Assembly (NCBI GenBank): GCA_951406725.2
Contig: OX597824.1
Span: 50,592,001 to 50,656,000 of the forward strand
Length of the DNA: 64,000 nucleotides
Source: Octopus vulgaris
Lineage: Eukaryota
Direction: 5' to 3'
Part shown: positions 58,248-64,000 of the stretch, one piece after another
Layout of the letters: the number at the start of each line of letters is the position of its first letter
Numbering within the stretch: position 1 is the first letter of the stretch
Notes under the pieces: generated by a model
What the model saw: only the letters and a program-made list of their open reading frames with translations
Databases searched by the model: none
Told to the model about the DNA's origin: nothing
Position numbers and translations under genes: made by a program

Positions 58248-58694
58248 GAATCATATATGGATGGCATATACAGACGCTGGCCTAATTTGCTCCCAGTTTG
58301 AGAAATATCAACATACAATGTATCTAACAAAATAAATATTGACCACGAAACTATATAAAGGTACCTATATATTATGCTCAACATACAAAATTCACAAACA
58401 GACTCATACACACATACGTGTGTTTATGTATCTACTTATAAAGTGTAAGTACGAATTATGTACATATATGTGTGTTTATGTACTCGTACATAAATATGTA
58501 TAGGCGTAATTCTTTAGTTGTTATAAAATCACGTTTATCACCGCGTGTTAACTTAATTCTCCTAGCTTATTGCGATAATATACGGGATTTCCCATCTAAC
58601 CCTATAGAAATCGGTATAAGCTACTGCTGTTGTTGAATAGTAAATAAGTCATGATCACGATATTAAAACTACAACCTAAACTATTTCAGCCGTC

Positions 58695-58731
<37 letters not shown>

Positions 58732-59139
58732 ATTTATATATATATATATATATATATATGTATAATGACTATATATGAATGAAAATTGGTTTCTAACTTT
58801 TCCAAGAGAAGCTATCTTGCATGTGGTATGAACACGAAGACGTTGGCATTCTGAGATTTACGATGCGATTTGAGTTCTTCATTGAAGAATTTTCTTTTAC
58901 TTACGTTGCCAACGCACTGGAGAAATACATGAACATCACAACGTCCTAATTGCATTGTAACATGCAAGTTTGTTGAACTGATTACAAAAAGGGAAATTTA
59001 ATATTCAGAGTTGTGTTGCAGATCAATGGCGAAGCGAAAAGAAAAAGGATAAGAGTGGGACAGAAAGTGTTAAAGATTCAAATATCGTTCTTTCATACAT
59101 GCATACATACATACATACATACATACATACATACATAAA

Positions 59140-59173
<34 letters not shown>

Positions 59174-59243
59174 CATACGTACTACATACATACATACATA
59201 TGCATATATATACATATATGATTGTATATGTATACAGATACAT

Positions 59244-59346
<103 letters not shown>

Positions 59347-59388
59347 CACACATGTATATGTATACGTATATATATATATGTACATACA

Positions 59389-59424
<36 letters not shown>

Positions 59425-59454
59425 TACTCACTCACACACACACACACACACACA

Positions 59455-59488
<34 letters not shown>

Positions 59489-60025
59489 TAATAAATTATC
59501 AATCTGTGTAGGTATCAAAGGAATTAATCACAAAATTAAATTAATACTACGCACAAATTTGTTAACACAACGAAAATTTACCAGTTCTTCTTCAACCAGA
59601 GAAGAATGGGGACAGGTGAGTGTGGGCGTCGCGGAATGGCTGGGGTAATAAAGTTTGATCACATGTTTCCTCAAAGTGCGACATAGAGTTATGACTGGTG
59701 TTCCTTTTTACTAATCAAAACGAATTATTATAAATATTCGACCGGAAGTGAAACATCCATTATAAAACCTTCGCTTAATAACGTGAAATTTAAGAAAACT
59801 ATCTTCACTGATTTCCCGCCTGGCATTTCCGTTTAAGTAAAAATTAAGAATTTTTCTACTTTTGTTACATAGTTGGTTTCCAGAAATATATTGTCTATTA
59901 GTTCTTCGTGTATGTGACTCTGCGTGTTTGTGAGTGTATGTGTGAGAGAGAGAAACAGAGTGGAATATTGTCTGTCTATGTATGAGCTTATATATAAACA
60001 CACACACACACACATATGTACATAT

Positions 60026-60077
<52 letters not shown>

Positions 60078-60156
60078 TCATATCTAAGTGTGTATTTTGT
60101 ATCAATGCACTCCTTTTTATTTTAACGTATCATATATATTTACACATGTATATATC

Positions 60157-60205
<49 letters not shown>

Positions 60206-60325
60206 ATGTATATGTATATATGTATGTGTGTGTATGTATATATTTAAGTATATGCATGTAACATGAATATATAGTCCAATGCATTTTATGACAGGATAAC
60301 TTTATGTTTGTGGATATTTATTTCT

Positions 60326-60388
<63 letters not shown>

Positions 60389-62772
60389 ACAAGCAATCCT
60401 TCAGCATCTTTGTACGCAAGCATTATGTATCCCTCCCTTTCTTTCTTGACCTCGTTGTCTATATATTTGTGTATGTATGTGCGCATGTGTGTGTGCGCAT
60501 GTGTGTGTGCGCATGTGTGTGTGCGCGCGCGTGCGTGAATCACAAATCTTCGCAGTTTTTTTCGGAGAATTGGAGACCGACGCATGAAAGAACATGAAAC
60601 AATTTGACAAGAGCATTACTGTTGAGAAATGATCGAGTATTTGTGACCCCTATCACACACACACACACACACACCAACTACACACAATCACGAACGCAAA
60701 TACCACTTTATTTACCCCCTGTAACCAAATTCTCTCATAAATTTCAGGAAGGGCCACCTAATGCATGATGAAACTCTATTTTGAAGGTTAATCACACATT
60801 CACACATTTTTATTTCTCCAAAATCCATTCTTTTACCCATTCAATCAATCATTTCCCTGGCTTATTCATTCACATATTCAATCCGTCACTCACTCACTCA
60901 CTCAGTCACTCACTCACTCATTCCTTCACTCACTTACTCTCTCACTCACTCATATCACTCACTTACTCTCTCTCCCTCTCTCTCTCTCTCACTCACTCAC
61001 TCACTCTGCACACATTTTCTCCCTGTCCGACTTCTGGATTCCTGATGTCGTCCTTAAACATCCACCATTAATTCCTCACTCTTTCGGCCATTGTCCATTG
61101 ATTGTCAAACAGCTGATCATTCAGAGCTGTAGGGTTAGCTCACAGGTCTATGACGCCACTGATGTAAATTCGATGACAGCGTTTGCATTAATCACTGATG
61201 CAAATCATAACTTGCCTTTACCACCCTACTATAGACACTTGCTGTCGATTGCTCTACCGAATTAGACTTGGTATGTGGCTGTAGAAGTTTGGAATTTTTT
61301 CTTATCCAGTGAATTGATAGTATCAGCAGAAATAATATATTCGTGGATAGTATCTTCTCCAACTACACTTATGGTGCATGTAATGATATTATGACAATTG
61401 CAGATGGTCAGTCCTTAGTGTATCGGTCATCGATCGGAAATAACTTCGGTTTGTATTCTGTCCAAGGTGCCGCTGGTGAAGACGATTGACTGGCAATGTC
61501 ATAGCTGACATATAACGACGTTTACAGCTCATTACAAGAAACTGGTAGAACACGACCATTGAGAGTTTTTATTTAGTTGCTTGGAGCATATATTTTATCA
61601 CCTCCCAAAAATATAAATTAAGTTGGGCTGAATGGACTTAGAAAATGAAGATGGCCCCTTTAGTTTTAGGGATTTGAAGATTCAGTCTTATAATCAATAA
61701 TAACATAGTTATTGAATAGTCAAACAAACCAAATAGAATTCCTTAGCGGTTGGACTGACAATGAAACGCCCAAACTTTGGTAAAAGCATCTTCGTTATAC
61801 CAGCATATTTAAGTAATTACGTATTAGCCTTCGTTTAGTAATTATTGTTATGAATCAGCAAAGATTTATATAGCTGGAAGTTTTACTACAATTTCTGGTC
61901 CGTTAAGCAGAGGCAAAAGACAACACTATAAACTTTCAAATCGGAGTTAGCGAACCATTTTTAGTCCAAATGGCAAAATTTCAAATGTTTAACAACCTAT
62001 GAAGGCTCATCTCTACTGAGAAAAATAGCGACTCCTTCATTTAACAATTTCATAATTATATAACTTATATTAGTTGTACTTTGATAGGAGTTTTAAAGAA
62101 TTTGTCGGTCAGCAAGCAGTTTCAAATTTGAATGTAAAATAAATTATGCTAGCAATTAAAAAACTGGCTATTCTATCTTATCTTATACGACTCAAGTTTA
62201 GCACTAGATGAGACTCACTGACAAACAATATACACAAATTCGGAGCCCATTTTCCAACAGGTGTGTGTAAGTGAGTCGATATAGCATTAAATATTATCTC
62301 AACAATTAATAATCTAATACTTCATCCCATAAAACATTTCACACGCAAATAAAACATTAAATTTCCCGTCCTTTTTCAACTCAGCACAATGTCCATCTGA
62401 AATCTCTGTGCACAAGGTGTCCTTGTATCTGTTGACCTACTTAGTTTAAACTGAGCATTAAGAAGCTCGTTAGCGCCAGAGAGCCTCCAAAAATCATGGG
62501 TAATAGTGCTTCCTCCAAACTCAACTAATACACACTCACACACGCATGTACATACACACATACACACAAAAACACATGCACACACAAATACATCGTCTCC
62601 CCCCATATATATGTGTATGTATGTGTGTATCTGATGGCTTAGATAGCTGCAACTTCGAAGTCACTGTCAGTACTATTATTAAAGAATAATAAACTGGTAC
62701 TCTACAAAAGTTTGGAGTAACCATTCAAATCGCTTTTATTATAATTGAATATAAAAAATAGACAATGATATA

Positions 62773-63881
62773 TCTCTCTATATATAAACGGCAGTTTGTC
62801 TGTCTGTGTGTCTGTATGTCTGTCAGGTTGTACCCTCACCCTGACCACGGCTTTCAACCGATTCTGATGAAACTTGACACACACATAGCCCAATGTCATA
62901 ATTCAAAACTAACGCAGCGAAAATTTTGAAAAGTTCCCCCTGTTCTGAAAAAGAATCGATAAATTCGACATGGGGTCGAGAATCTAAGCTTTATAGATGC
63001 AACACATTTTCTGTTGTAGTTTTCGCAACTTGCAATCGAATTTCACCAAACTCATGACGTTAGTTTTCCATGCAATACCTTACCATCAGAAAAAAATCGA
63101 TAAAACCATGCCATTTTGGGAAACCGCGTTTAAATTCAAGATGACATATTTTCGACAATATCTTTCACAAATTGGCAGGAATTTTTTTTGAAATTCACAG
63201 CGAGCATCATGTCTGCTCCAAGGAGCTATATGGCCCTTTTTATTCCAATAGGATACTTTATTACTGGAAAAAAATCGGTTAATTAAATCATATGTGGCAC
63301 ACATAGCAAACCGATTTGTGTATTAAACACAAACCAATTCGACCTTTTTAACTCTCGGAATACGTGGGGTAAGTATCCCAAAATGTATAAAAATGTACAA
63401 ATACGGCAAAAAAGCGGACAGCAATGTGAGTGACAACAACGAAAAAGTCAAAAGTGACCAAACTGAACAAACGAATGGAAAAGGTTTTTTGGTGCACACG
63501 ACAAAAGCGGTTTATAATAAACCAAGAGTTTGCAAGTAGCGTCCGAGGACCCTTAGGGTACGTCAAAAATTTAAGGTAAAACGTTTGGGGTGGTAGTTAT
63601 GAAGAAAGTTTAAACAAAAAAGTATTCGAATAACTTGCGGCTGCATCAGCTATAAGCAGAAGTGGCGGTGTTGGGGGTAAAGTCTCGAATGTAATTTCTT
63701 CTTGGTAGGAATTGGTTGGGTTGAATTATCGATAGCTGTTTGAAAGTTATTTGGGAGTGAAGAGAAGACATTGCAACCTACACATGCGCCTTCGTTCCCT
63801 AGAGGGAAAGGACTAGATTGGGATTAGCCGTTGCCTACTAGGGGCTCTTACATACCCGGGCAACGCCGGGCTATGCTGCTA

Positions 63882-63882
<1 letters not shown>
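62773..63882 (+). mobile_element. Non-autonomous Helitron (~1.1 kb)
   Basis: 5' TC, 3' hairpin cccgg-gcaacg-ccggg followed by CTAG, inserted between A and T; (GTCT)n near the 5' end. Confidence 0.85.
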
Positions 63883-63923
<41 letters not shown>

Positions 63924-64000
63924 TGTATTGTATTGCTCATATTCAGTCCACTGCAGGATGGAGACCTTAGCGTGTTCTCTCCACCAGAGCATGGCTTGAG

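Overview
AT-rich, extremely microsatellite-dense animal genomic DNA. The SINE and repeat content suggests a cephalopod, probably Octopus (inference). There is one intact host gene: a Fez/Fezf (earmuff-like) C2H2 zinc-finger transcription factor on the minus strand (40116-42140), with its whole CDS in one exon. Nearly everything else is repeats: Penelope-like element (PLE) remnants, Tc1/mariner fossils and MITEs, Helitron/Helentron-derived elements, R4/Dong-like and RTE LINE fragments, and tRNA-derived SINEs. Almost all short ORFs in the track are microsatellite artefacts. Two systems stand out. (1) About 13 type I hammerhead-ribozyme motifs from 7-8 sequence families, found by manual folding, often in fold-back structures inside (TA)n tracts. 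They include a circularly permuted 563-bp non-coding unit that looks like a retrozyme, and unusual core variants (G3-C8 swap, A6U, U4C). (2) Three diverged ORF1-only (RRM-like plus CCHC knuckle) retroelements inserted one after another at the same 15-bp site of a Helentron-type host repeat; the empty site is visible elsewhere in the window. Their 3' tail resembles that of a SINE subfamily that shows the same junction at two loci. All folds and alignments were done by eye and need computational confirmation.
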